Shown: positions 36,077 to 46,122 of the stretch, piece after piece
How the letters are laid out: the number at the start of each line of letters is the position of its first letter
Numbering within the stretch: position 1 is the first letter of the stretch
Source of the DNA: Acidobacteriota bacterium
GTDB taxonomy: Bacteria; Acidobacteriota; Terriglobia; UBA7540
Direction of reading: 5' to 3'
Assembly: GCA_031292775.1 (NCBI GenBank)
Contig: JARLGN010000439.1
Span: forward strand, 1-54,692
DNA: 54,692 bases
The notes under the pieces: generated by a model
Database searches by the model: none
What the model was told of the DNA's origin: nothing
The model's input: only the letters and a program-made list of their open reading frames with translations
Program-made: the position numbers and the translations under genes

Positions 36077-37546
36077 TTACTTCTTCTGCTGGTTATAATC
36101 GACGTAGACCACATGGGTTTGCAGGTACTCCTCAACCCCATGTTTGCCGTCGGCGCCGCCGATGCCGGATTTTCGCCACCCCGCGTGGAAGCCTTGCATG
36201 GCTTCGAAATTCTCACGGTTGACATAAGTTTCGCCGAACCGCAACTCGTTGCACGCCCGCATCGCCACATCGAGGTTCTGGGTGTAGATCGAAGAGGTAA
36301 GACCGTATTCGCAGTCGTTCGCGAGCTCAATGGCCTCGTCAAGGTCTTTGAATGTTGCGATCGGCAGAACCGGTCCGAAAATCTCCTTCTGCATGATGTT
36401 GGTGTCTTGCCGGCAATGGGTGAGCACCGTGGGCAGGTAAAAGAAGCCGTGGGGTTTGTCCGCCTTTTTCCCGCCGAGAACGACGGTTGCCCCATCCTTG
36501 ACCGCCTGTTCGACCGCCGCCCCCACGTCCTGAAGTTGCTGCTTGCTGACCAGCGGGCCCATCTCGACGTCACGCTCTTCAAGCGGGTCCCCCAACCGGG
36601 TGGCCTTCATCGCGGCGGTCACTTTTTCGATGAACTTCTCGGCCACCGATTCGTGCACGTAAACACGCTCGGCGCAGTTGCAGACCTGGCCGCTATTGAT
36701 AATCCGGGAATCGCGGATCGACTTGGCAGCCAAATCAAGGTCGGCATCGGGCATGACGATGGCAGGGGCTTTGCCGCCCAGTTCGAGCGAAACCTTGGTA
36801 ATGTTCTCGGCCGCCGCCCGCATGATGGCGACACCGGCCCCCACGCTGCCGGTCAGGCTGACCATGCCAACCTTGGGGTGGCTGGCAAGGGCTTTGCCCA
36901 CCACCGATCCGGAGCCCGAGACCAGATTGAATACGCCTTTGGGCAAAGAGGACCTGGCGACCAGCTTGGCGAACTCAAATGCATTGTTCGGCGTTTCACT
37001 GCTGGGCTTGATGACGATGGTGTTTCCGGTTACCAAAGCCGGCGCCATCTTGCGGGCAATCAGGAAGAACGGGAAATTCCACGGCAGCACGCCAGCAATA
37101 ACCCCGATCGGCATCTTGAAAAGCAGAATGTTCTCGTTGGGGCGGTCGCTGGGAATGATCTCGCCATCACAGCGGCGCGCAAACTCCGCCATGTAATCCA
37201 TGTAGTCGGCCGTAAAGCTGACTTCGACCTCCGCCAGCGGAAGTATCTTGCCCTGCTCTTCGGTGATTGTCCGGGCCAGAGCATCCTTGTTCTGGCGAAT
37301 TGCCGCCGCGATCTCCCGGAGATAGCCGGCGCGTTTGATGGCCGGCAACTTACACCAGGTTTTTTGCGCTCGGTCGGCGGCCAGGACGGCGGCGTCCACG
37401 TCAGCAGCCGTTCCATTGGGAACTTCCGAAATCACCTCTTCGGTTGCGGGATTGATCACAGAGATCATGCTGTCGGAGGAGCTGGGGACAAATTCACCAT
37501 TGATAAACATTTGGTAGCGTCGGGTCGATATCTCGGTTTGATTCAT
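36077..37546 (-). CDS. aldA: Lactaldehyde / glycolaldehyde dehydrogenase (NAD-dependent aldehyde dehydrogenase)
   Basis: Near-colinear match to E. coli AldA as I recall it: LPWNFPFFLIARKMAPAL, ELGGKAPAIVM, INSGQVCNCAERVYV and FEAMQGFHAGWRKSGIGGADGKHG. Confidence 0.9.
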   Translation of the reverse strand: MNQTEISTRRYQMFINGEFVPSSSDSMISVINPATEEVISEVPNGTAADVDAAVLAADRAQKTWCKLPAIKRAGYLREIAAAIRQNKDALARTITEEQGKILPLAEVEVSFTADYMDYMAEFARRCDGEIIPSDRPNENILLFKMPIGVIAGVLPWNFPFFLIARKMAPALVTGNTIVIKPSSETPNNAFEFAKLVARSSLPKGVFNLVSGSGSVVGKALASHPKVGMVSLTGSVGAGVAIMRAAAENITKVSLELGGKAPAIVMPDADLDLAAKSIRDSRIINSGQVCNCAERVYVHESVAEKFIEKVTAAMKATRLGDPLEERDVEMGPLVSKQQLQDVGAAVEQAVKDGATVVLGGKKADKPHGFFYLPTVLTHCRQDTNIMQKEIFGPVLPIATFKDLDEAIELANDCEYGLTSSIYTQNLDVAMRACNELRFGETYVNRENFEAMQGFHAGWRKSGIGGADGKHGVEEYLQTHVVYVDYNQQKK

Positions 37547-37687
37547 TGAGGATCACCCCTATAACTTTTTATCAGCCTTGAACGGCTTTCTGCCGATGAC
37601 ACCATCCGTCCGGAATTCCTCATTCGGTTTTATCTTGGCGCATTATCGTACGCGGGCCGCCCTCTCGTGTCAAACTCATCAGCCACC

Positions 37688-38050
37688 TCATCGGCAAACC
37701 GGAGAAACCGATACCGCGGTTCCTTCCCCCCGGTACGACCACTGAGCCACCCGTTTTAGTTGACTCTCGCTGATGCCAAAATCCAAGGCGCTCTGGAACA
37801 TGGCACCATGGCTGGGTTCATTGATGCTGGGGAGACTATTGCCATGCCAGCATAGTATTCGGCCTGAAGGTTGCCTGCCCATCAACTGGCTTGCCTCCTG
37901 GCCCCGCCGGACTTCGGTGTGAAAGGGCATCAACCACCCAGAATCCACGAAGTGATGCGCGCTACAGGAAAACCATTGATGACTAAACCGGTGCCATTTC
38001 ATTGAACAACGTTCCAGGACAACCAAGGTGCCCGCAGGTCGCCGTCTCAT
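37688..38050 (-). CDS. Hypothetical protein (start uncertain)
   Basis: It is the only sizeable ORF between aldA and the TolC-like gene. The internal ATG 38050 avoids overlap with the upstream stop at 38115. No confident motif. Confidence 0.3.
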   Translation of the reverse strand: MRRRPAGTLVVLERCSMKWHRFSHQWFSCSAHHFVDSGWLMPFHTEVRRGQEASQLMGRQPSGRILCWHGNSLPSINEPSHGAMFQSALDFGISESQLKRVAQWSYRGEGTAVSVSPVCR

Positions 38051-38114
38051 GACGAAAACCTCAAAATGGATAGACTCGTGAGTTTGGTGCGGGCCTTTGC
38101 TGACCTTGCCTTCG

Positions 38115-40010
38115 CTAATTCGCCCCATTATGTGTTCCAGGGATATTCGGTATGCGATGAACTTCCCCATCAACGGCCTCGGACAATGCAATGTTGTTTC
38201 TATCCAGGAGGGTTCCCGTAGCCTGTTCATACTGTATCAATGCCTTGGCGTATGTGGCGCGAGCTTTCACAACGTTGCCTTCGCCCGTGGCCAGATTCCG
38301 CTGCGCGGTGATGACGTCTTCCACCGTGGCTGACGCCAGGGTAAATTTCTGTTGCTGCATGTCGAGCACCTGGCGCGCAAGGGTGGCCAGGTTCAACGTA
38401 GCGTCCAGTTGGTCCTGCGCCTGCTTCACCGCGCTCACTGCCTTGCTGACGTCCCAAACGGCCTGGTTTTTCGCATCCTGAAGCTTCATTTGCAACTGCC
38501 GTTGTTCCAGCAGCGCCCGCGCGGCGTCCGCTTGGGCAGTACGGTTGCGAATGGGGATGCTTAGCGACACTCCGTATGAGAAATTGGGGAAGTCATTTTG
38601 GAAGATATTCCCAAAGGTGGGACGCAGCGCTCCGCCGAGCCCAGAGAGACTGTATGATGCAAAAACTTCGAGCGATGGCAGCAGCGAATTGTGTATCGCT
38701 TCAATCGTCACCTGCTGATTGCGCAGGTTCAACTCCGCCTGCTCGATTTCCGGGCGGTGGCTGGCTGCTTCCCGCAAGGCCTCGGCCAGGGCGGGCACGT
38801 CATCGGCGTGCGGCTCAGGCAGCCGGTCGGAAGGAGCAATTTCCACCGTCGCCAACTCCTCATTGAAACTCTTGGACATTTTCGCTTTCAGAGATTGGGC
38901 GTCCTGGGAGAAGGTATTTTGCGTAGCGAGCAAGTCTTGCTGCCGTAGTGCAACTTCCTCCTGGCTCCGTAGCACGTCATACTGAGCCACAGCACCGATT
39001 TTCGCTTCCGCCTGGTTATTTTCCAGGAGCTTCTGCGCATACCGCAGCCCTTCTTGCGCCACGCGAATGCTTTCCTGGTCGGCCAGCAGGTCGTAATAAG
39101 TGGACATTACGGCAGCTGTCGAGGTGATCACATATTGCCGGAAAACACTCATGGAGTATTTCAAATCATTGCGCGCGATTCGAATGAACCTGCTGTTAGC
39201 ACGTGTGCCAAAGCCGTTGAGCAGGTGCTGGCTAAAACCTGCGGAAAGCCCCGAGACAAATTCTGGATTGTATATGCCGGTAGTGGTATTTGAGGACAGG
39301 CGAGAGCTGCTCTCGGACACGGATAGGCTGGTGCCGGTCAAGAAACCCTGGCTGAATCCTGCTGAAACCGCCGCCTGGTGAGTGGTGTCGATCGGCACAC
39401 CGCTTACCACGGTGTAATTCAAGGGGGTAATGGCATTGCTCCAGCCGTAGGCGACGTAAAAGTCCGGGTCGCAGCAACTTGATGAACCCACGCCGTTGAT
39501 TCCGCCTCCCAGAATGCCCCCTGCGCCACGTCCGCCGATGCCTCCGCCACCGCCAACTCCTCCACCCAGTACGCCCGAAAACAGTGTAGTGGACTGATAT
39601 GAGCCCGCCACCCCGCGGGCGGCGCCGCCTGCCTTGGCACGCAACAGATCCGTCTGGGCAATCGGCAGGTTGTACCGCGCCACGGCGATGTCCAGGTTAT
39701 TTTCCAGAGCCAGCCCGATAGCGTCATCAAGCGCCAGCATTAATTTTCCGTCGATAATCAGGTCTTTAAGCCGTCGAGAGTTGTCCAGTCGCGGCTCGGG
39801 AACATAGGGGATGGAGTAGGGAGAAAGAATATTGGGAAAGCTGTGGCTGTTCGAGTAGTCGAAGTGGGTCGCTTCCTCACGCTGCGGTGACGGTCGTTGG
39901 CCGCCGTCCGAAACCCCACCTGTTTCCTGGCAGACGGCAGGTTTGAAGAGAAACAAAATTAGAACGGGAACTGCCACTCCCAACCGCCAAAATCGCGTGC
40001 TCGTCGCCAT
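38115..40010 (-). CDS. TolC-family outer-membrane efflux protein
   Basis: Signal peptide MATSTRFWRLGVAVPVLILFLFKPAVCQ. Duplicated coiled regions with DLLRAKAGG / AQYDVLRSQEEV type strings and a Gly-rich insert. Length fits OMF proteins. Confidence 0.8.
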   Translation of the reverse strand: MATSTRFWRLGVAVPVLILFLFKPAVCQETGGVSDGGQRPSPQREEATHFDYSNSHSFPNILSPYSIPYVPEPRLDNSRRLKDLIIDGKLMLALDDAIGLALENNLDIAVARYNLPIAQTDLLRAKAGGAARGVAGSYQSTTLFSGVLGGGVGGGGGIGGRGAGGILGGGINGVGSSSCCDPDFYVAYGWSNAITPLNYTVVSGVPIDTTHQAAVSAGFSQGFLTGTSLSVSESSSRLSSNTTTGIYNPEFVSGLSAGFSQHLLNGFGTRANSRFIRIARNDLKYSMSVFRQYVITSTAAVMSTYYDLLADQESIRVAQEGLRYAQKLLENNQAEAKIGAVAQYDVLRSQEEVALRQQDLLATQNTFSQDAQSLKAKMSKSFNEELATVEIAPSDRLPEPHADDVPALAEALREAASHRPEIEQAELNLRNQQVTIEAIHNSLLPSLEVFASYSLSGLGGALRPTFGNIFQNDFPNFSYGVSLSIPIRNRTAQADAARALLEQRQLQMKLQDAKNQAVWDVSKAVSAVKQAQDQLDATLNLATLARQVLDMQQQKFTLASATVEDVITAQRNLATGEGNVVKARATYAKALIQYEQATGTLLDRNNIALSEAVDGEVHRIPNIPGTHNGAN

Positions 40011-40565
40011 CGCATTTCTCCCATGGGCTTTTGAGACTTCTAGCCTGGGACCTTCGACGCACATCCACTGCCATACCTGAAATGTGCGCTATGTCATTTA
40101 TAATTATTACGATGCGAACTGTTTACTGCTTGCTTCCGACCCTCTGGCCGTTCGATAGTGGGATTACGATGGCCGGAATCGAACACGTGAAGCGACACGA
40201 AGGGCTGCAACCTTTGCAAGTGAACTCATGATTTCTCGAAAGGCCGCAGCCGTTTCACTTTCGGACAGTCGCATCCCATAAACGAACACTGCGCCATGCC
40301 ATTTGGGGCCCATGGGCAGGCCGCACAGAGCTCGCGGCGAATCGTGAATTCGCATGCTTTCGGGGGGAGTTTTCGATGCAACGGCGAGCACGAAGAGCGT
40401 AAGGTAACGATTTGAAAACACATCGGAAGCCTGCAGAATAGCGCCGCTCCGGCTGCACGGCGGCTTGACGCAAGAATCCGTTACCTTGATCGTCCCTTGG
40501 CGTGCGCTCAGGTTCTAATGCCAGTTTGGTGACGGTATTGCCCGAAGAGAGCGTAAGTCAATCCT

Positions 40566-42971
40566 ATGCGAATAATACTGTCCGAGCTCCGGTACGGTTT
40601 CAGAGTCTTGACGAAAAGTCCAGGGTTCACGGCAGTGGCCGCATTGATTCTGGCCCTGGGCGTTGGCGCGAGCACCGCGATCTTCAGCATTCTCGATGCT
40701 GAGGCGATTCGCCCGCTCCCCTATGAAGACCCCGGTCGGCTTGTGGTGATCTGGAAAACGGATCCCCGCTCCGCGCAATGGACGGCTTCCGGCGCTGACT
40801 TTCTCGATTGGGCAAAGCAGAGCGACGTGTTCTCCGCGCTGGCGGGCGCCATGCCCTTCAACCCGGCGCTGACCGACGCCGGTGAGAATGTGCGTCTTCG
40901 TGCATATAGGGTTACCCCAGACTTCTTCAAAGTTTTGGGGGTGAAGCCGGCGAGCGGCCGCCTGTTTGCGGCGGAGGATGAACAACCGGGGCGCGATCAT
41001 ATGCTTGTCCTCGGCGCCAGGTTCCAGGCTCGCGAACCGGGAAGGAACCCCACCGCGCTTGGCAGTACACTCAACTTGGACAAAGAAGAATTCGCGGTGA
41101 TCGGGAGCATCCCGGCCTCATTCCGTTTTCCCGCGATCAATCCTGGAACGGAGACTGACGCTGAGGTTTATGCGCCGTTCCCCGCCGAAGTGCTCACTGA
41201 AGTGCTCACTAAAGAGCGGCAAGGCGCCTGGCTTTGGGTCATAGGAAGGCTGAAGCCCGGGATCACGCTCCGGCAGGCCCAGGCCCAGATGGCGACAATT
41301 GCCTCCCGCCGCGCGCAACAATTCCCGGACACCAACGCCGGCATGGGGGTTCGGGTGGTGTCCTTGCGGGACCAGGTTGTGGGTAGTTCCATGTCCATTG
41401 TGAGCCGGCTTCTTTGGGGGGTGGGATTGTTGTTGCTCATAGCGTGCGCTAATGTCGCCATCATGCTGCTCACAAGGGGCGCCCGGCGAGAGCGCGAAGT
41501 AGCGATTCGCCAGGCGGTGGGCGCCAGCCGGACCCGAATCACCGTGCAACTCCTCACGGAGAGCATTCTCCTGGCACTCGCTGGTGGTGCGCTTGGCGTG
41601 CTGTTGGCGTTTTGGTTCAAGGATGCGCTGCTCCTTTTCTGCCCGGCGGGGCTGATTCCCCAGGTCAATCCCATCCAAATCAATGGGCAGGTTCTGGCTT
41701 TTGCCCTGGTTCTCTCAGTCACGACGGGGGTCCTCTTTGGACTGATTCCAGCCTTGCAACTTTCCAGAGTGAATTTGGAAGGGTTGCTCAGAGAAGGCGC
41801 GCAGGCGGCAGGCACTGGCGCGCGGTCGGTGGGGTTCCGAGATTTCTTGGTTGTTTCTGAGGTTGCGCTTGCACTTTCTCTGCTGATTGTCTGTGGCCTC
41901 TCCATCCGAGCCCTGACGGCCGTGCTGCTGTCCAAGCCGGAGTTTAATCCCAAGAATCTGATGACGATCTCATTCACTATTGCGGACTCGAAGCATCCCA
42001 CCTTTGCGGCCCGCAGCGCCTTCAGCCGCGAACTTATTGAACGAGTCAACGCTCTTCCGGGCATCCAATCCTCGGCGCTGCAAGGTATGTCGTTAGGCCA
42101 CCTGGCCTCGCTGGACAATGACCTGACCCCTACCGAGTTCCGGAAGCGTCCATTCACATTCGTCTCGGTAGTGAGTCCGGAATACTTCCGTACCATGCAG
42201 ATTCCACTGCTTCGGGGGCGGCAGCTCAGTGCGGCCGACTACGTGGAAAACCCTTCGGTGGCTATCGTCGACCCGACACTTGCCGCCAGCCTCTGGCCGA
42301 ACCAGGATGCTCTGGGCAAGCGCTTCACGGTCACCTATCCTCCCCATTGGTATGAGGTCGTGGGTATAGCGGCCGAAGGTCATTATCTTACTGGCGCACC
42401 TATGCCTTCGGCCATCCTTCCGAATTTTCCCAATCGGGGCCAGTTGCTGGTGCGGACCGTGGGCGAGCCCGAACGCACGATACCCTCCATCCGCAACCTG
42501 ATCAGCGATCTCGACAAAGACGTTCGAGTGTCTTCCATCTGGACGGTGGAGGAATCCCGCGAGAAATTCGTCGCTCCTTTTCGCTTTATTGCCTTCATCC
42601 TGAGCACTATGGCGGTCATTGCCCTTTTGCTGGCAACGATCGGGGTCTACGCCGTGACGGCATTCTCTGCCGCCCAGCGTACTCACGAGATAGGCGTCCG
42701 CATGGCGCTGGGAGCCCGGCGCGGTCAGGTGCTCTTGCTGGTAATGCGCCACGGCATTCGGCTGAGTTTCCTCGGGGTAATAATTGGGCTGTTCCTTGCA
42801 CTGGGGTTGAGTCGCGTGTTGGCGTTCTTTCTTCACGGCGTGACCGTCGGCGATATATCAACTTACATCGGTGTGTCACTTTTGCAATTGCTGGTTACCC
42901 TCCTTGCCAGCTACATTCCTGCCAGGCATGCAACCAGGATTGATCCCATCTCCGCGTTACGATATGAGTAG
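40566..42971 (+). CDS. ADOP-family (MacB/FtsX-like duplicated orphan) permease 1
   Basis: The N-terminus is LRYGFRVLTKSPGFTAVAALILALGVGASTAIFS. There are two FtsX-like halves (IACANVA..; EIGVRMALGA). The C-terminus is YIPARHATRIDPISALRYE. Confidence 0.85.
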   Translation: MRIILSELRYGFRVLTKSPGFTAVAALILALGVGASTAIFSILDAEAIRPLPYEDPGRLVVIWKTDPRSAQWTASGADFLDWAKQSDVFSALAGAMPFNPALTDAGENVRLRAYRVTPDFFKVLGVKPASGRLFAAEDEQPGRDHMLVLGARFQAREPGRNPTALGSTLNLDKEEFAVIGSIPASFRFPAINPGTETDAEVYAPFPAEVLTEVLTKERQGAWLWVIGRLKPGITLRQAQAQMATIASRRAQQFPDTNAGMGVRVVSLRDQVVGSSMSIVSRLLWGVGLLLLIACANVAIMLLTRGARREREVAIRQAVGASRTRITVQLLTESILLALAGGALGVLLAFWFKDALLLFCPAGLIPQVNPIQINGQVLAFALVLSVTTGVLFGLIPALQLSRVNLEGLLREGAQAAGTGARSVGFRDFLVVSEVALALSLLIVCGLSIRALTAVLLSKPEFNPKNLMTISFTIADSKHPTFAARSAFSRELIERVNALPGIQSSALQGMSLGHLASLDNDLTPTEFRKRPFTFVSVVSPEYFRTMQIPLLRGRQLSAADYVENPSVAIVDPTLAASLWPNQDALGKRFTVTYPPHWYEVVGIAAEGHYLTGAPMPSAILPNFPNRGQLLVRTVGEPERTIPSIRNLISDLDKDVRVSSIWTVEESREKFVAPFRFIAFILSTMAVIALLLATIGVYAVTAFSAAQRTHEIGVRMALGARRGQVLLLVMRHGIRLSFLGVIIGLFLALGLSRVLAFFLHGVTVGDISTYIGVSLLQLLVTLLASYIPARHATRIDPISALRYE

Positions 42972-42989
42972 GCAGTTACAGGACTTCCT

Positions 42990-45383
42990 ATGCGAACAAT
43001 TCTCTCCAATCTTCAATACGGATTTAGGGTCCTGGCTAAAAGTCCGGGGTATACAGCGGTGGCAGTATTCATTCTGGCGCTGGGCATTGGCGCCACCACC
43101 ACCATCTTCAGCGTCCTCTATGCCGTCGGCATCTGTCCGCTTCCCTACGACCATCCCGAGCAGCTCGTTGTACTCTGGAGAACTGACCCGGCGTTTGGAA
43201 AGGCAGCGGTTTCCGGCCCCGTTTTTCTCGATTGGACGAGGCAGGCCGATGCCTTTTCGGGCCTGGCGGCATTCGGACGATATAACCCGTCAGTTACGAG
43301 CGCGGGTGAGACGGTGCGCCTTATAGGCTTCATGGTGACGCCTGATTTCTTCAAGGTGCTGGGAGCGCAGCCGGCGCAGGGACGCTTATTTGCGGCGGGC
43401 GACGACCAACCGGGCCGTGAGCATGTGGCGGTCTTCGGGGCCGGGCGTGGCGTGCAGGACGTGGGGAAGAATCTCACCGCCACCGGTGCAACGGTATCGC
43501 TCGACAATGAGGAATTCGAAGTGCTTGGGCGCACGGCGGAGTCCTTCCGTTTTCCCCCGTTTGCGTCCGGCACCTTTAACGAACCCGATATCTTTATGTC
43601 GCTTCCGGTCGCACAGTTGAGCAAGGACCGGCAAAGGCAGGCGTATTTTGTAATCGGTAGGCTCAAGCCCGGCATCACCGTCCGGCAGGCCCAAGCCCAG
43701 ATGAAAACGATTTCATCCCGGCTCGCACAACAGTATCCCGAATCCGATAAGGCTTGGGGCGCGCGGGTTGTGTCCCTCCATGATGAAATCATGGGCAGCT
43801 CCGGGCCCTTGGTCACGATTATCTTCTTGGGAACGGGCTTCCTGCTGCTCATTGCCTGCGCGAACGTTGCTGTCCTGCTCTTCACGCAAGGGGCGCGCCG
43901 GCAGCGTGAGATCGCCATTCGCCAGGCGGTGGGCGCCAGCCGTGCCCGGATTTCGATGCAACTGCTCACGGAAAGCACCCTGCTTGCGGTTGTGAGTGGC
44001 GCCGCCGGCGTCTTGCTGGCCTATTTTCTGAAGAAGGCGCTGCTCTCACTTGACTTGTGGAGGCTGCTTCCCCAGGCCAATCCCATTGAGATCAACGGGC
44101 AGGTGCTGGCTTTTACACTAATCCTCTCGGTGGGGACGGGCGTGCTATTTGGTCTTATTCCCGCGCTGCAACTCTCCCGCGTCAGTCTGGAACCCTTGCT
44201 GCGGGAAGGAGCGCAAGCGGCGGGCACTGGGAGTCGCTCGGTGTGGCTTCGGAACATCCTGGTGGTTTCCGAGGTAACGCTAGCGCTCTCTCTGCTCATC
44301 CCTTGCGGTCTCATGGTCCGGACTCTGGCGGGGTTCCTGCTCACCAAGCCGGGATTCAATCCACGAAATCTGATGACAATCGGAATGTCAGTGGTGGAGC
44401 AAAAGCAGCCTACCTTTGAGGCCCAAACGGCGTTTTGCCGTGACTTGGTCCAGCAGGTCGACGCCCTTCCGGGAGTTAAGTCGTCTGCACTGGAAAGCGT
44501 GTCGGGAGGCCCTGTTGCCGCTTTCGGAAATACCGTCACTCCCGACGCACTCAAGAAGAACCCAGTGGCAATGTATGGTATGGTGAGCCCGGAATACTTC
44601 CGCACTTTTCAGTTGCCGGTCCTGCGAGGGCGGCCTCTTGCTGCGGCTGACTACGTCGAAAAGCCCTCCGTAGCGGTCGTAAACGCTACGATGGCCCGCA
44701 CTCTCTGGCCCAATCAGGACGCGCTGGGCAAGCGCTTCACCACATCCTATCCTCCCGAATGGTACGAAGTGGTGGGAGTCGTGGCGGACAGCAACATCTA
44801 TGGAAATTATTCACTGCCCCAGGCATACCTTCCGAAAATGTTCGAGCACGGAGAACTGCTGGTTCGAACGGTGGGTGACCCCAAAAGCCAGGTAACGCCG
44901 ATCCGTAACCTGCTCAAGGACCGTTTCAAGAACCTCAAGGTCTCCGCCGCATGGACGGTGGAGGAGTCCATGGCGAGAATGGCCACGCCCGTCCGCTATA
45001 TGACAATTCTGCTAACCTCCATGGCGATCATCGCCCTCCTGCTGGCCACAGTTGGGGTCTATGCCGTGACAGCCTTTTCCGTTTCCCAGCGGACCCATGA
45101 GATCGGGGTCCGCATGGCCCTGGGCTCCCGGCGGAGCCAAGTTCTCTTCTTCGTAATGCGTACCGGTACAGGCCTGAGTTTCCTTGGCATCGTTATCGGG
45201 CTGTTTATTGCATTTGCGCTCGGTCGAGTGCTGGCATTCTTCTTTCACGGCGTGTCCGGTGGCGACGTGTCAACTTATCTCGGCGTGGCGCTGCTGCTCC
45301 TGTTCGTCACACTCCTGGCCAGCTACATTCCCGCCCGCCGCGCCGCCAAGGTTGACCCGGTGGCGGCGTTGCGATGTGAATAG
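42990..45383 (+). CDS. ADOP-family permease 2
   Basis: Same architecture. The gene starts 18 nt after permease 1. The N-terminus is LQYGFRVLAKSPGYTAVAVFILALGIGATT and the C-terminus is YIPARRAAKVDPVAALRCE. Confidence 0.85.
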   Translation: MRTILSNLQYGFRVLAKSPGYTAVAVFILALGIGATTTIFSVLYAVGICPLPYDHPEQLVVLWRTDPAFGKAAVSGPVFLDWTRQADAFSGLAAFGRYNPSVTSAGETVRLIGFMVTPDFFKVLGAQPAQGRLFAAGDDQPGREHVAVFGAGRGVQDVGKNLTATGATVSLDNEEFEVLGRTAESFRFPPFASGTFNEPDIFMSLPVAQLSKDRQRQAYFVIGRLKPGITVRQAQAQMKTISSRLAQQYPESDKAWGARVVSLHDEIMGSSGPLVTIIFLGTGFLLLIACANVAVLLFTQGARRQREIAIRQAVGASRARISMQLLTESTLLAVVSGAAGVLLAYFLKKALLSLDLWRLLPQANPIEINGQVLAFTLILSVGTGVLFGLIPALQLSRVSLEPLLREGAQAAGTGSRSVWLRNILVVSEVTLALSLLIPCGLMVRTLAGFLLTKPGFNPRNLMTIGMSVVEQKQPTFEAQTAFCRDLVQQVDALPGVKSSALESVSGGPVAAFGNTVTPDALKKNPVAMYGMVSPEYFRTFQLPVLRGRPLAAADYVEKPSVAVVNATMARTLWPNQDALGKRFTTSYPPEWYEVVGVVADSNIYGNYSLPQAYLPKMFEHGELLVRTVGDPKSQVTPIRNLLKDRFKNLKVSAAWTVEESMARMATPVRYMTILLTSMAIIALLLATVGVYAVTAFSVSQRTHEIGVRMALGSRRSQVLFFVMRTGTGLSFLGIVIGLFIAFALGRVLAFFFHGVSGGDVSTYLGVALLLLFVTLLASYIPARRAAKVDPVAALRCE

Positions 45384-45524
45384 ACCAGTCATAGTCTTCG
45401 AGCGAATCAGGTTAGTAAGCAATCTGTGCGAGGTCAAGAATTTTCCGATCAGAGCGAGATTCAGTCTCGTGGCATATCGACTCGAATTTTTCATTCGGGC
45501 TACGAGATTTATTAATAGGTCGCT

Positions 45525-45872
45525 ATGTCATCTTCAAAGTCACAAGCTTTTGATCGAGAATTGAAAAAGGGGAGCGGCGAGTTATTGATTCTTTCCGTGA
45601 TCGATGCCCAGCGTCGGCACGGGTACGACATCGGCAAATTGATCGAGCAGCGGTCCGGAGGCGCGTTGCGGTTCAACTTGGCATCGATTTACCCTCTGCT
45701 TTCTCGATTGGAGAAGTGCGGCTACATCAAAGGCAGGTGGGTAATAGAGGTCGGGCGGCGGCGACGTCGATTCTACCGCCTGACTTCGCAGGGCCGCGGG
45801 GCACTGGTTGCGCGGAGGCAAGCCTGGCGCGTATTTGTCGCAGCCGTCAATCGCATCACCAAAGGGCAATAG
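45525..45872 (+). CDS. PadR-family transcriptional regulator
   Basis: KGSGELLILSVIDAQRRHGYDIGKLIEQRSGGALRFNLASIYPLLSRLEKCGYIKGRW is the canonical PadR wHTH. The gene sits directly upstream of an ADOP gene, as in the acidobacterial PadR-ADOP pairing. Confidence 0.85.
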   Translation: MSSSKSQAFDRELKKGSGELLILSVIDAQRRHGYDIGKLIEQRSGGALRFNLASIYPLLSRLEKCGYIKGRWVIEVGRRRRRFYRLTSQGRGALVARRQAWRVFVAAVNRITKGQ

Positions 45873-46122
45873 TGGAAAGTTGCACTTTAGAAGTTTCTTT
45901 CTGAGAAAGGAAGGAATCACGGTGTTGCAATACACGGTTTGTGCCGGAACCGCATACCCAAATTCCACAATCGAACAGTCTTACTCAGACAAACAGTCGC
46001 GCTGGGTCATAAGTCGTTGAAGTAGCGTGCGATGTTTTGCCATGCCGATGGCAATGTACCTGCCGAAAGCACGATTAACCGGCGCAACGGCTTGCTGGCC
46101 CAATGGCTCAATGGGAGGTTGG

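Noticed and set aside
35957-37549. 530-aa ORF on the plus strand
   Set aside because: It is antisense to aldA, whose translation matches a known enzyme almost colinearly. It is a shadow ORF.
40160-40195. tRNA-like T-arm string (ggccggaatcgaac; complement GTTCGATTCCGGCC)
   Set aside because: The 5' side of the T-stem and an acceptor stem cannot be paired, and there is no anticodon arm. At most it is a tRNA 3' fragment and it is not a functional tRNA. It does not match the tRNA-Leu at 9610-9698, so it does not mark this island.
41168-42196. 342-aa minus-strand ORF, with similar ones at 43145-43978, 44021-44605, 51294-52079 and 53821-54285
   Set aside because: All are antisense to ADOP permease genes, with Ser/Arg/Pro/Ala-rich low-information sequences.
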